64,000 nt of DNA from assembly GCA_965368975.1 (NCBI GenBank), contig CBDUPA010000012.1, positions 128,001 to 192,000 on the forward strand, read 5' to 3'. The position numbers and the translations under genes are program-made. The notes under the pieces were generated by a model. It did no database searches. It was not told where the DNA came from and saw only the letters and a program-made list of their open reading frames with translations. Shown one piece after another: positions 37,199 through 49,893 of the stretch (its first letter is position 1; the number at the start of each line of letters is the position of its first letter). The DNA is from an uncultured bacterium. Lineage in GTDB: Bacteria > Acidobacteriota > Thermoanaerobaculia > Multivoradales > JAHZIX01.

Positions 37199-38644
37199 TC
37201 AATGGGCCCCGCGCAGCAGCGTCCAGCTATAGTCCGCCTGTGCCGCCAGGTAGTGGCAGCTCATACAACTGTTGCCGCCCGCGCCCTGCGCGTCGGCCGG
37301 CGACTGGAAGTACGTTTCCATCACCGAGTTGGTGGCTCCGTTGACCGGAAACGCACCGCCCGAGTCCCGCGGGTAGATGCCGCCGACCTCCATTGTCTTG
37401 AACACGTGCGGCGTGCTCGGCCACTGGGTGATCACCAGCTGGTAATGACGCCAGACGGTGTCTTGCAGAATGCCGTCCCGGACGTGACGGTTGAGCGCCT
37501 GCGTGCTGCGCGGGATCGGGTTGAAGCGCGTCACCTGGACGGGCGTTCGCTCTTCGATCGGCTGCAAGTGGGGTGCCTTGGCGAACGGCCGGTTCGCCCA
37601 GCCGCCGACCGTCGGAGGATCGTTGGTGCCATTGTTGAACGAGTAGCCGCGCCCGGCGTCACCGTAGCCCTCGTCATGAGGCCCCTCTTCATGAGGACCG
37701 GCAGGAACGTTGTCGACCTGCTCGAAGCTCGACCAGATCCACTGCGGAAACGCCTGCAGCTTCTGCACGATGTGGATGCCGATCAAGCCGATCCTGTGCG
37801 GCTTGCAGTCCTGGCTCTGGGGATCGAGCACCCACGCTTCCATGTGGTAGAAGCGGCTCGGGTCGTCGCGCTCCGGGTCCAGGATCTTCCAGGCCGCCTT
37901 GATCATCAGCGCTCCTTGCGTCGAGGGCGGATGACTGGCGGGCATCGAGATCGGCTCCTTGGGCGCCAGGTTGCGCGCCAGGTACAGCCAGGTACTCGGC
38001 TGTTCGTCCTTGCCGCGCACGAAGTTGTACTGTGCCTCGTTGAAGCGCACCTCGTAGACCGCGTACTGCCGGCTCTGGTCGATCAGCGGGAAGGAGAACG
38101 CCTGGTTGCTTTCCTCGACCAGGCTGTCGCCCTTGGAGTGCCGCACAAAGACCCGCCGCCGCGGATCCTCGTCGCCGCACGGATTGACCGGAATCTCCAC
38201 GGACTCCCATGGTGTCGGTCGATTCGCCCCTTGGTCGAAGAGTTCGAACTCCTCCTTGTACGCCCCCCAGACCACCGGGTGTGCCCCGTGCGGTTGGGAG
38301 AGGAACACGTCCGGATCGTCCGGCTGCTCCGGCTGTCCCCGATGGGATCCGGATGCCGGCCAGTTGAGGGCGATGAACGACTGCCAGGAGAAGGCGTCGA
38401 AGAAAGGCCGCGCCTGCTCGGGGGTGCTTACCGAACTCGGAACCTTCACCGTCAGTGGCACATTGCCGTTCAGCGTCGGCACTGGCGGCCGGTGTTTTGG
38501 GGTGCGTTCGGCTGTTTCGTCCGGTGACGCGACAGCCGTCTGCTCGCCGGTGTGGAGTCCGAAGACCCCGAGTCCCAGCAGGACGAGGACGAAGGCGGGG
38601 CTGCAGAATCGCTTCACCCTGTTCGACGAATCAGTAAGGGGCAT
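37199..38644 (-). CDS. Secreted protein with single C-terminal heme-c motif
   Basis: N-terminal signal/TM; FSWQSFIALNWPA, IKAAWK, WIWSSFEQVDN; C-terminal METYFQ...SCMSCH. Confidence 0.7.
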   Translation of the reverse strand: MPLTDSSNRVKRFCSPAFVLVLLGLGVFGLHTGEQTAVASPDETAERTPKHRPPVPTLNGNVPLTVKVPSSVSTPEQARPFFDAFSWQSFIALNWPASGSHRGQPEQPDDPDVFLSQPHGAHPVVWGAYKEEFELFDQGANRPTPWESVEIPVNPCGDEDPRRRVFVRHSKGDSLVEESNQAFSFPLIDQSRQYAVYEVRFNEAQYNFVRGKDEQPSTWLYLARNLAPKEPISMPASHPPSTQGALMIKAAWKILDPERDDPSRFYHMEAWVLDPQSQDCKPHRIGLIGIHIVQKLQAFPQWIWSSFEQVDNVPAGPHEEGPHDEGYGDAGRGYSFNNGTNDPPTVGGWANRPFAKAPHLQPIEERTPVQVTRFNPIPRSTQALNRHVRDGILQDTVWRHYQLVITQWPSTPHVFKTMEVGGIYPRDSGGAFPVNGATNSVMETYFQSPADAQGAGGNSCMSCHYLAAQADYSWTLLRGAH

Positions 38645-38800
38645 GACGACGTCTCCTCACAGCGCGCGCAGTTCACTCTGGTGACCACCACTCCCTTTGC
38701 CGTTACGGGGTCGGAGAGGGGGTCTCCCAAGAGACTTCGAATTTTCTCGATTGCGGCCGAAGATAGCACGAGCCGCGGGCCTTGTCCAGGACGGCTTGTT

Positions 38801-41119
38801 CTACCGGACCACCGTACTTCCTGGCAGATCCTTTTCTTGGTTAGGAGCGGGCAGGGAATCGAGCTGCTGTTGGAACTCGGCCTGGCCTTCCGCGTCTCCG
38901 ACACGCTCGTGGTGTTCGACCAACAGCTCGAGAACGAAACGGATCTCCGGGTGCCCCGGCTCGAGACGGGTTCGGAAGAGCCGCAAGGCGTGCTGGTTCA
39001 GGGCGATGGCTTCGTCGAAGCGACCTTGACCGGAGGCGGTTTCCGCCAGAGAGCGCAGGGTGGACACCAGGCGGAAGTTGTCGTCGCCGAGCGCGCGCCT
39101 CTTGAGCAGGAGGGTTTCTTCCAGTGCTGCTCGGGCGTCGTCGTAGCGCCCGAGGGTATTGTAGAGCGTGCCGAGGTTGTTCAGGAAGGCATGGTAGTTG
39201 GGGTGCTCGGTGCCGACGCGACGGCGAACGATGTCCACCGCCCGGCGCATCGGGGCTTCGGCCTCGCTGTAGCGTTCCTGCTGCATGCGCACGATACCGA
39301 GCCGCAGCAGGGTGTGGGCGATGTTCATCTCGTCCGGGTCCGGCTGTGCTTCTTCGAGGTGTAGTACCTCGCTCAGCTGAGACCAGGCTTCGTCGTAGAG
39401 GCCCTGGGCCAGGAGGACGGAGGCGAGCCCCCGGCGCAAGCGTAGGAAGCGAGAGTCGCCCGGAGGTAGCGATTGTGCCCAGGTCGCGGTGGCTTGCTGG
39501 AGTACGGTGGTGGCCTTCTCGAACTCGTCCATGTCGGCATAGAGGTAGCCGAGCATGTACTCGGTATAGCCGAGCTTCTCACTTCCTGGTGGCAGGTGCT
39601 CTCGGTGCAGGCGGAGCGCGTGCTCGGTGTGCTGGCGTGCCTGCTCGTAGTCGATTTGACGGTGATAGACGCCACCCAAGGCCAGCAGACTGTCTCCGTA
39701 GGCGATGCCATCGGGCTGGTCTCGAGCGTCGTGAAGAGCGATGGATTCCGTGAGTAGCTGCCGGGCGGTCTCGGTGTCGCCCAGAGTCAGGTAGGCACGG
39801 CCCATGTAGCCGAGCAAGTTCGCTCGGAGCCGGGGGCGTTGCAGGAAGCGCCCATCGATCTGTTGCACTCCTCGGTCGAGAACCTGCCGGAGTGGCACTT
39901 CGGTGGTCGCGCCACTGGCCGGCTGAGGGTGGGTCAAAACATCGAGCAGGAAGTCTCTCACCTCTTGTGCTTCCGCCCGCGCGGCTTCGGCAGCGTGTGC
40001 TTGCTGTCGTGCTCTGGAGGCCTCCACGCTGCGGGCGATCATGCCCCCTGTCAAGACCAGCAGTACCAGCAACAAAGCGGACAAAAGAGCGCGGTGGCGA
40101 CTCGAGAACTTGCTGGCCCGGTAGAGCAGCCCGGGAGGCATTGCCGCCACAGGTTCTCTTGCCAGATAGCGGTGCAGGTCTTCGGACAATTCCGCGGCGG
40201 ATCCGTAGCGTAGATAGCGCTCACGGGCCATGGCTTTGAGCAGGATCTTGCCGACATCCCTGCGCAGATCGCGTTCCAGCTGACTGGCTGTCGTGCCGCG
40301 GTTGCGTGCGTATTCCAGTTTCTCGGGCTGCGGCAGCTGGCGCCAGCGGTGGCTCGCGGAGACCGGGGGCTGGGTCCGGATCATTTCGAGCCAGTCCATG
40401 AGTGCCAGCGACTCTCGAATCCACGGGAAGTCGCCAACCAGCAGGACGAAGAGCAGAACCCCCAGCGAGTAGACGTCGGAGCGGATGTCATGGGAGCCGG
40501 AGGTACCGTGGTCAAAGGACAAGCTTTCCGGACTCAGGAAGGCCGGTGTGCCGACGACGCCATAGCGCGTCAAGTAGGCTGAAGACTCCAGGTCGCGGGC
40601 GATACCGAAGTCGATCAGCTTGATCGTGGGTTGTCCCTCGACTTCGCAGACTAGGATGTTGGAGGGCTTGAGGTCGCGGTGCAGGATGGCTTTCTGGTGT
40701 GCGTGGTGGATGCCGGCACAAAGCTGCTCGAACAGGCGAATGCGGGTGTTGACGCTCAGTTGGTGCCGGTCGCAGTACCGGTCAATGCGCTCGCCGTCGA
40801 GATACTCCATGACGAAGTAGGGACGACCGTCGTCGAGGTCCCCCGCGTCGAAGATTCTGGCGATGTTCGGGTGGTTCAAGCGCGCCAGGACACGGCGTTC
40901 CACCTCGAAGCGCCGCCGGAGTAGGCCCGTCTGTACACGGGCTCGTACTACCTTGACCGCCACCTGGCGCTGGATCGGTTCGTTCTGTTCCGCGAGCCAG
41001 ACGACACCCATTCCGCCATACCCGATGACCCTCTGCAGGTGATAGGGGCCGATGCGGTCGGGGATACCGGAGAGTTGACCTGCAGCATCCTCGAAGGGTG
41101 GTGTGGCAGAGTCCGTCAC
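38801..41119 (-). CDS. Hanks-type Ser/Thr protein kinase with TM helix and C-terminal TPRs
   Basis: IGYGGMGVV, VAVK, HRDLKPSN, DFG, GTPAFLSPE, DVYSLG; TM helix; TPR_12-like repeats. Confidence 0.95.
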   Translation of the reverse strand: MTDSATPPFEDAAGQLSGIPDRIGPYHLQRVIGYGGMGVVWLAEQNEPIQRQVAVKVVRARVQTGLLRRRFEVERRVLARLNHPNIARIFDAGDLDDGRPYFVMEYLDGERIDRYCDRHQLSVNTRIRLFEQLCAGIHHAHQKAILHRDLKPSNILVCEVEGQPTIKLIDFGIARDLESSAYLTRYGVVGTPAFLSPESLSFDHGTSGSHDIRSDVYSLGVLLFVLLVGDFPWIRESLALMDWLEMIRTQPPVSASHRWRQLPQPEKLEYARNRGTTASQLERDLRRDVGKILLKAMARERYLRYGSAAELSEDLHRYLAREPVAAMPPGLLYRASKFSSRHRALLSALLLVLLVLTGGMIARSVEASRARQQAHAAEAARAEAQEVRDFLLDVLTHPQPASGATTEVPLRQVLDRGVQQIDGRFLQRPRLRANLLGYMGRAYLTLGDTETARQLLTESIALHDARDQPDGIAYGDSLLALGGVYHRQIDYEQARQHTEHALRLHREHLPPGSEKLGYTEYMLGYLYADMDEFEKATTVLQQATATWAQSLPPGDSRFLRLRRGLASVLLAQGLYDEAWSQLSEVLHLEEAQPDPDEMNIAHTLLRLGIVRMQQERYSEAEAPMRRAVDIVRRRVGTEHPNYHAFLNNLGTLYNTLGRYDDARAALEETLLLKRRALGDDNFRLVSTLRSLAETASGQGRFDEAIALNQHALRLFRTRLEPGHPEIRFVLELLVEHHERVGDAEGQAEFQQQLDSLPAPNQEKDLPGSTVVR

Positions 41120-41444
41120 ATGTCGCCTCCTGTGTGTTCAGAGTATCGCAGCGCCCGGGTCCCCGCCCATCAAACGTCACGTCACGTCACAGGAGCGAGA
41201 CCGCGCCGGAGGATGCGGCGCGAGGCCCGTACTGCGGGTTCGATCAGCCATCACTTCCTGATCGAGGTCACGGACCAAGTGGTCGCGGAGTCTGGCCCAC
41301 CAAGATGGTGCAAGAGGCCTTCGGTGTGCCCGGCCGAATTCGCGAGGCGTCGGAACGCTCATGCTAGTATGCGAATACTGCCATGAGGCCATTCGAGCTC
41401 GTTGAAATACATCAGCGAGACGCAAGACAGAAAGAGGAGAACAG

Positions 41445-41636
41445 ATGAGAAGGCGAGCGAGCAAGTTGCGTCTGAACCGCGAAACCCTGACGAGCTTGGG
41501 CGGTGAGCAAATGAGCAAGGCCGTGGGAGGTTTTTCCGAGACCTGTGCTGCACTTTCCTCTCTGGTCCAGCTGGCTTGCTTCTGTCCTACGTATGATCCG
41601 GAGACAGTAGAGACCGACGTATCCTGCGCTTGCTGA
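41445..41636 (+). CDS. Lanthipeptide-like RiPP precursor (orphan)
   Basis: RBS gaggag; leader KLRLNRETL..L ending in VGG; core FSETCAALSSLVQLACFCPTYDPETVETDVSCAC is rich in Ser/Thr/Cys. Confidence 0.7.
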   Translation: MRRRASKLRLNRETLTSLGGEQMSKAVGGFSETCAALSSLVQLACFCPTYDPETVETDVSCAC

Positions 41637-41637
41637 C

Positions 41638-41668
41638 GCTATGTAGCCGTGCGCTATGTAGCCGTGCG
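41638..41668 (+). repeat. 15-bp tandem duplication gctatgtagccgtgc x2
   Basis: Directly after the precursor stop codon. Confidence 0.8.
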
Positions 41669-41728
41669 TAGAGGGCGGTGCGGGCACGGCATGTCCCTGA
41701 AGTCGATGTTGCAGGCACCGGTCAGGAC

Positions 41729-44572
41729 TTACTGCAAGTACCCCAAAGCTCGTAACTGCGCTTCGAGTTCAGCGGGCAGTCCACCCGCACCGCCCTCCGT
41801 CCCCGCCCATTCGCGGCTGGACGGAGGGCCGTCCCACCACAGCAGCACGCCGACTTCGTCCGGGTGCAGCAGCCGATCCAGAAGCTGCCAGCCCTCGGGG
41901 CCGAGACGCGCGGCGCGGACGGTGGAGAGGTTTTCGACATTGAGGCGCAGGTGATGCTCCTCGCCATCGAGCGTCGCCCAGATCTCGACGCGCGTCACCT
42001 CGACTTCGGCGATCAGAGTGACGCTCGTGCCGGCTGGCAGCTGGAACTCCTGGGTATTGCGCTGGCCGCGGCGGATGCACGGGCCGTGTGCACAGCGGCT
42101 TTCGAGGTCGGTCGACTTGAGACCGTTGGTGGGCAGGAAGGGGGCGAGCTGGCAGCGGCCTTCGAGTCGAGTCGAGCCGGGGTTCTGCAGGCGCAGGCGC
42201 AGGCCACTGGCGTCGCGCAGGAAGCTTCGGCGGAGTTGGCGCTGCAGGGTATCGGTGTCCGGGCCGCGAGGACTCACATCCTCCAGCCCGAGTTCCTCGC
42301 CACCGGGCCAGACGCTCGCCTTGTGGATGACCTTGTGACGACCGTCCTGCAGCGCGACGCCGTGGTTGCTGCTGGCGGCGTAGCTCCAGGCGGCGGGGAT
42401 CTCTTGCTCTTCGCCGCGCAGCAGGGGGCGCAGGGAGATGCCGTCGAGGTCGTCGGGGATGGGCAGGTCTAGCAGGTCGAGCAGGGTGGGCACGATGTCG
42501 ACGCTGCGCACCTGCGTCGGCACGCGTCGGCCGGGGCGGGCGGCGGGCTCGTGGGGGGCGGCGAGGAGGAAGGGGATCTGCAGGTTCTCGTCGTAGAGGT
42601 AGAGATGGTTGTAGACGCCGTGCTCGCCGAGCATCTCGCCGTGGTCCGAAGTCACCAGGACGACGGTGCGCTCGCTCAGGTCGAGGCGGTCGAGGGTGCG
42701 CAGGATCTCGCCCAGGGTCTGGTCGGCGGCGGCGATGCCGCTGTCGTAGAAGGGGCCGAGGACATCCGGACCGACGAGCTGGTCGCCGTCGGGGTCGCCG
42801 AGGACGTGCGCATTGTCGGGGTCGTACCAGGTGGCGATGTTGTGCTCGACGAAGCCGGTGTCGGCGCTGCGGGGTAGCGAGTCGATGCGCACGTCGTGGC
42901 GCTGGTGACGGCCGCCGAAGCGCTGGTAGAAGGGTTCGTGCGCGCGCAGCGGGCCGTGGACGGCGTAGGTGTGGAAGAAGAGGAAGAAGGGACGGTCTGT
43001 GTTGGCTTCCAGCCACTCCCGGGCGGCGCGCGCGTGCGTCTGCAGCTCGTCGTCGACCGCTTCACGTCGCCGGTCGCGCCAGTAGCGGAAGGCGTCGAAG
43101 CCGCGATCGAGACCGAAGTTGGGGTGCAGGTAGCCGCCACCGGTGATGGCCTGAGTGGCGTACCCGGCGTCGCGGAGTTCCTGGGCCAGCAGCGGCAGGC
43201 CCGACGGCACGCGCTCGCTGCCCAGGTTGACGCCGTGACGGTGGGCGTCGAGGCCGCTGAGCATCGAGACGTGCGACGGCAGCGTCCACGGACTGGCGGC
43301 GACGGCGTCTTCGAAGATGACGGCGTGGCGGCGCGCCCACTGGTCGAGGTTGGGGGAGGTGGAGCGCTCGTGGCCGTAGAGGCTCAGGCGGTCGGCGCGC
43401 AGGGTGTCGATGGAGATCAGGATGACGTTGAGCGGGGCGGGCGTTGCCGTCGGCGTCTCCTTGTCCGATCTCGGCGCATAGATCGCGGGGTGGGCCCAGA
43501 AGCCGGCGGCCTGCGCTGCATCGCCGGGCCCGTGGCTGCCCCCGCTGTCGAGGACTAGCGCTTCGAACTCCAGGCTCAGCTCGACTTGCAACGGGTCGGG
43601 TGCGTCCTCGGCGAGCCGGTCCGCCAGCGACGCCAGGGGCACGCGCACCTCCCGCCAGCCGTCATTTGCGTCGATCTGCTGCCGCCGCAGTTCTTCCTTC
43701 CATTGGGGCCCGTCGATGCTCGTCGCGGTGACACGGAAGCGAGCCGGCGCCGACCACGCGGGCACCGCGACCGCTGCGCGCAGCTCGGCGCGGGCCAGCT
43801 GCTCGCGCGACAGTGTCACCGTGCGTTGCAGCAGGTCGCCGTCGACCGTCAGCAGCGCGCGCCGGGCGTCGCCGTCCAGGTCGATCTGCAGCGCTCGCTG
43901 CCGCCAGCGATCCACCTGCTCTACGTCCAGCTCCTCGCTCCACACACTCAGCCGACGCAGCAGCAGGTCGTCCACCGGCGACACCGAGCGGAACTCGAGC
44001 TCCGTGATGCGCCCACGCCAACCCTCGGCGCCGCGGACTACGAAGCGGTAGCGCTGCAGGCCCTGGTCGAGATCGAGGGGCGAGAAGTCGGTCAGGGCGT
44101 TGGTAGGAGCTGTGCCGTCCGTCGTGCGCCAGCGCAGCTCGAGCGGCTTGCCGCGCAGCCCACGCGCCTCCACCTCGACCGCCGTGGCGGTCCCGCCTGC
44201 AGTGGTCGCGGCCTCGAAGTCCACCGGCACCCGCCAGATCAGCGACGAGCGTCGCGCCAGCTCGACCTGCACCCCCGACTCCGCCACCGCCCGTACCTCC
44301 GCTGGCCGTGGCTCGAAGTCGAAGCCGTCCAGGTCCGAAGCCTGGCGCGGCTCGACCTCGAACACCGCCTGGCGCTGCAGGATGCTTTCGGCGCTGAAGG
44401 AGGCCGCCGGGGCGGTCGCGTCCAGCCAGCTGACGGTGGGGTGGAGCAGCCCGACTCGGGACGTGTCGCGCGAAGAGTCGCGCCCGTCCGGGCTGCAGCC
44501 GGCCAGGCCCAGCGTCAGGATGCCGAGGAGAGCTGCAACTTGTCGGAATTCGATCGGAAGGCGAGACTTCAC
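41729..44572 (-). CDS. Lipoprotein sulfatase-like hydrolase
   Basis: Lipobox LAGC; NVILISIDTLRAD, SPWTLPSH, TSDHGE, VRSVDIVPT, C-terminal LRALGY. Likely GTG start at 44572. Confidence 0.85.
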   Translation of the reverse strand: MKSRLPIEFRQVAALLGILTLGLAGCSPDGRDSSRDTSRVGLLHPTVSWLDATAPAASFSAESILQRQAVFEVEPRQASDLDGFDFEPRPAEVRAVAESGVQVELARRSSLIWRVPVDFEAATTAGGTATAVEVEARGLRGKPLELRWRTTDGTAPTNALTDFSPLDLDQGLQRYRFVVRGAEGWRGRITELEFRSVSPVDDLLLRRLSVWSEELDVEQVDRWRQRALQIDLDGDARRALLTVDGDLLQRTVTLSREQLARAELRAAVAVPAWSAPARFRVTATSIDGPQWKEELRRQQIDANDGWREVRVPLASLADRLAEDAPDPLQVELSLEFEALVLDSGGSHGPGDAAQAAGFWAHPAIYAPRSDKETPTATPAPLNVILISIDTLRADRLSLYGHERSTSPNLDQWARRHAVIFEDAVAASPWTLPSHVSMLSGLDAHRHGVNLGSERVPSGLPLLAQELRDAGYATQAITGGGYLHPNFGLDRGFDAFRYWRDRRREAVDDELQTHARAAREWLEANTDRPFFLFFHTYAVHGPLRAHEPFYQRFGGRHQRHDVRIDSLPRSADTGFVEHNIATWYDPDNAHVLGDPDGDQLVGPDVLGPFYDSGIAAADQTLGEILRTLDRLDLSERTVVLVTSDHGEMLGEHGVYNHLYLYDENLQIPFLLAAPHEPAARPGRRVPTQVRSVDIVPTLLDLLDLPIPDDLDGISLRPLLRGEEQEIPAAWSYAASSNHGVALQDGRHKVIHKASVWPGGEELGLEDVSPRGPDTDTLQRQLRRSFLRDASGLRLRLQNPGSTRLEGRCQLAPFLPTNGLKSTDLESRCAHGPCIRRGQRNTQEFQLPAGTSVTLIAEVEVTRVEIWATLDGEEHHLRLNVENLSTVRAARLGPEGWQLLDRLLHPDEVGVLLWWDGPPSSREWAGTEGGAGGLPAELEAQLRALGYLQ

Positions 44573-44585
44573 AGCTGCAGTGACT

Positions 44586-46034
44586 CTACAGCTGCAGTGA
44601 CTTGGTCTCCAGGTACTCGTCGAGTCCCCACTTGCCGAATTCGCGGCCGTTGCCGCTCTGCTTGTAGCCGCCGAAGGGGGCCTGGATGTTGAAGTTGCCG
44701 CCGTTGATGTCGACCTGGCCGGTACGCAGCCGTCGCGCGACGCTCTTGGCGCGCTCGACGTCGGCCGACCACACGCCACCGGCCAGACCATACGGCGAGT
44801 CGTTGGCAAGGCGCACGGCGTCGTCTTCGTCGTCGTAGGGAATGATGCACAGCACGGGGCCGAAGATCTCTTCCTGCGCGATGGTCATGTCGTTGCGCAC
44901 CTTGGAGAAGACGGTCGGACGCACGTAGTAGCCGGTGTCCAGGCCCTCGGGCGCTTCGGGACCGCCGGCGGCGAGTTCGGCGCCTTCGTCGATGCCCTTC
45001 TGGATGTAGTCGCGCACGCGGTCGCGCTGGGCTGCCGAGACCAGCGGACCGAGCTTGGCCTCGCCACCCATCGGATCGCCGACGGTGAAGCGGGCGGCGG
45101 TCTCGGCGGCGATCTGGGCCGCCTCGTCGAGGCGCGCGCGCGGTACCAGCATGCGCGTCCAGGCGGAACAGGTCTGGCCGCTGTTGAAGTAGCACTTGTT
45201 GACGCCGGTGCGCACGGTGCCCGCGAAGTCTTCGACGTCGTCGAGGATGATGTTGGCACTCTTGCCGCCCAGTTCCAGCGCCACGCGCTTGACCGTCTGC
45301 GCGGCGTTGGCGGCGACGCGGCGGCCGGCGCCGGTGGAGCCGGTGAAGGAGACCATGTCGATGTCCGGGTGCCCCGAGATCGCCTCGCCGACCACCGGGC
45401 CATAGCCCACCACGACGTTGAAGGCGCCCGGCGGTAGGGCGGTGGTCTTCGTTACCTCGTCGATGATCTCGGCCAGGACGAAGGAGCACAGCGGCGCCAC
45501 TTCACTGGGCTTCAGCACCACGGTGCAGCCGGCGGCCAGCGCTGGGGCGACCTTGGCAACCACCTGGTGCAGCGGGAAGTTCCACGGCGTGATCGCGCCC
45601 ACGACGCCGATCGGCTCGCGCACCACCAGCGAGTTGCCGACTTCTTCTTCCCACTCGAAGCTGTCGAGCAGGCGGGCGTAGGAGCCGAGCACGGCGCCCG
45701 GCATGCCCACCTGGACGGCGCCGGCCATCTTGATCGGCATGCCCAATTCCTGCGCCACCAGCTCGGCCAGCTCGTCCTGGCGCGCTCGCACCCCCTGCTG
45801 GATCGCCTTGATCACCGCGGCGCGTTCGGCCACCGGAACGGCAGACCAGACCGGAAACGCGGCGCGTGCGGCGGCGACGGCGGCGTCGACATCCGCAGCC
45901 GTACCTTCCGGCACGCGTCCCGCCGGCTGTTCGGTGGCCGGGTTGATCACGTCGATGGTGCCGGGGCCGGCCGCGCCATCTCCGGTCGCATCGACCCACT
46001 TGCCGCCGATGTATAGCTGCTTGAACTCTCGCAT
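44586..46034 (-). CDS. Aldehyde dehydrogenase
   Basis: ITPWNFP, FTGS, LELGGKS, NSGQTC, EEIFGPV; start [11 protein letters not shown]. Confidence 0.95.
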   Translation of the reverse strand: MREFKQLYIGGKWVDATGDGAAGPGTIDVINPATEQPAGRVPEGTAADVDAAVAAARAAFPVWSAVPVAERAAVIKAIQQGVRARQDELAELVAQELGMPIKMAGAVQVGMPGAVLGSYARLLDSFEWEEEVGNSLVVREPIGVVGAITPWNFPLHQVVAKVAPALAAGCTVVLKPSEVAPLCSFVLAEIIDEVTKTTALPPGAFNVVVGYGPVVGEAISGHPDIDMVSFTGSTGAGRRVAANAAQTVKRVALELGGKSANIILDDVEDFAGTVRTGVNKCYFNSGQTCSAWTRMLVPRARLDEAAQIAAETAARFTVGDPMGGEAKLGPLVSAAQRDRVRDYIQKGIDEGAELAAGGPEAPEGLDTGYYVRPTVFSKVRNDMTIAQEEIFGPVLCIIPYDDEDDAVRLANDSPYGLAGGVWSADVERAKSVARRLRTGQVDINGGNFNIQAPFGGYKQSGNGREFGKWGLDEYLETKSLQL

Positions 46035-46116
46035 GGTCTCGTCCTTATGGGCTCGTCCCGCTCTCGGGACGTGTGTTTCTAGAGCTTGCCTATCCAGAGC
46101 TTCTTCGTGGTCGGCG

Positions 46117-47919
<1,803 letters not shown>

Positions 47920-48160
47920 GGTGTCGAGTCTCCAGTCCGGGTTGGCCGGTCGATTCGAGTTGCAATGTGGCCAGAAGTGGGCGCCAGGACAGCGCCGCGG
48001 TGCGGAGACTGAGGATATCGCGTTTAGGGGGAGAGGGAAAGCACGATGGAGGCGTGACGGTGGAAGTCTCTTCGTGCGAACTCTTGGACTGCCAAATGCT
48101 CTAGATTCAATAACATTGACCTCCTTCCAGGCACGCCGGTACATTCGAAGGGATTCTTTG

Positions 48161-49831
48161 ATGAACTGCTTCGATGCACTTCTGGAGGCCGAGGTGCTCG
48201 AATACCCACCGCAAGCCAATCTCGACGCCATCGCCGAGGCCCTGCGTCACAACCCGCACGTGCTGCACGTCGAGCGGGATGTGGAAGGCCGCTTCTCGTC
48301 CGCCAGCAACCCGAATGATCCGTTCTTGATCTTCGACCCGAATCCCGTCGACTATCAATGGGGCCACTACCTGCTCAACGTTCCCGCCGCCTGGGAGCTG
48401 ACCGGTGGTCACGGGTATGTCGGTCTGGCGGACTCGGGCGTCCAAGTGGATCATCCGGATTTGCGGGCGTTTCATACGGAGACGATCAACAACAACGAAG
48501 TCCTGGTCTACGACGGCGGCAACCTGCGCACGCACCTGGCTTGGGATTTTGGGGACAACGATGCGGATGTCGATGAGCTGGGGCCGAGCATCAATGGAGC
48601 GATCCCGCCCGTAGCCGGGCATGGGACGCACCTTGCTGGAATCATCGCTGCCACGGCGGACAACGGCATCGGCGGCACGGGAGTGTGTCAGCACTGCAGC
48701 CTCGTTCCGAACAAGGTCAAGTCGGAGCGAGGGACGGGGCTCACCGGAGACCTGGCCGATCTGCTCGAGGCCGGGGTTGGAAGTGGCTTGCAAGTTCAGA
48801 GCGTCAGCTTGGGATTTGCGCCGCAAGAATGTGGAGCGGTTGGTGTTCCTTATAGCTTGGTGTGTGATGCTTTGGCGCTGGCTGCAGAACGGCAGGTGCT
48901 CATGGTCGCGGCTTCGGGCAATGCTCGGGAGGAACTTGACTTCCCGGCGAATGATCCTCGGGTCTTGGCAATCGGTGGTATCGGGTCGAACGGTGCATTT
49001 TGGGATGAGTTTCCCAACTGTCCTATCGAGGGTAGCGATGAGGAGTGTGGTTCTAACTCTGCGTTGGGTGCCTTCGCGCAGTCTCTCGTTGCTCCTGCCA
49101 AGTCAGTGCTGTCGACGATTTACACCGGGGCCCTGTGGAGTGAAGTAGCGGAGTACGGAGACTCCTACTTTCCAGAGTCAGGCTATGGGCCGTGTACAGG
49201 TACCTCCATGTCTGCTCCATACGTCGCTGGCCTCGCTGGCATCTTGCGATCGTTGAATCCACTTCTGAACGAGATCAGCGTTCTCAGAGTTCTAGAGAAC
49301 ACTGCCTCGCTGGGTTTTCTGAACTCTCCCGATCCCCAGCTTGGCTATGGGATCCCGGATGCCTACTCCGCAGCACGCGCAGTGCTGGGTAATGTCGGGG
49401 GTGAGCTGCTCGAGAATCGGCTCACGCCCCTGTTCAGCCTCTACAGCGGCTCCGCCTCGACGCACTTCTACACGAGCGTTCCGCAGATGGCAGCAGCGGC
49501 TGTCTTCGACTGTCAAGCACCCTTCATTTCTGAAGGCTTGGCAGTGCCTGGCTATCCCATGTTTCCCGGCGTTGTGGAGGAGCCGTGCCCTATCTCGCCG
49601 TGTACGTCCGTAGCGCCTCGAGCAGCCGTGTACATCTTTACGACGCGGGCCGCGCCGTCTCCCGGCAGTCCAGCACTCAAGCCGCTCTTCCGCATGAGCT
49701 ACGACCCGGACTTCGCCACTCGCTGCAGAGAGGGTGTTACCCAACCGCCGCAGGTCCGTCGCGGCTATTTCTACACCACGAGTGAGGTGTTGTTACCGGC
49801 GTTCAAGGACCTTGGATACGAGCCAAGGTGA
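48161..49831 (+). CDS. S8 subtilisin-like serine peptidase, apparently truncated
   Basis: Catalytic triad GLADSG / GHGTH / GTSMSAP is present. There is no signal peptide, and the C-terminal repeat domain (HFYT...; YFYTT...LGYE) stops abruptly. Confidence 0.75.
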   Translation: MNCFDALLEAEVLEYPPQANLDAIAEALRHNPHVLHVERDVEGRFSSASNPNDPFLIFDPNPVDYQWGHYLLNVPAAWELTGGHGYVGLADSGVQVDHPDLRAFHTETINNNEVLVYDGGNLRTHLAWDFGDNDADVDELGPSINGAIPPVAGHGTHLAGIIAATADNGIGGTGVCQHCSLVPNKVKSERGTGLTGDLADLLEAGVGSGLQVQSVSLGFAPQECGAVGVPYSLVCDALALAAERQVLMVAASGNAREELDFPANDPRVLAIGGIGSNGAFWDEFPNCPIEGSDEECGSNSALGAFAQSLVAPAKSVLSTIYTGALWSEVAEYGDSYFPESGYGPCTGTSMSAPYVAGLAGILRSLNPLLNEISVLRVLENTASLGFLNSPDPQLGYGIPDAYSAARAVLGNVGGELLENRLTPLFSLYSGSASTHFYTSVPQMAAAAVFDCQAPFISEGLAVPGYPMFPGVVEEPCPISPCTSVAPRAAVYIFTTRAAPSPGSPALKPLFRMSYDPDFATRCREGVTQPPQVRRGYFYTTSEVLLPAFKDLGYEPR

Positions 49832-49893
49832 CCTGGTAAAGTGGCTAGTGGTGGCCGATTGATGTTGATGCTCTGGAAAGAGAGGAATTGCTG

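Noticed and set aside
47920-48231. N-terminal extension of LepA (704-aa ORF) and of S8 (from 47882)
   Set aside because: A TTG with RBS at 47919 gives a normal-length LepA. The extensions overlap head-to-head and look non-coding.
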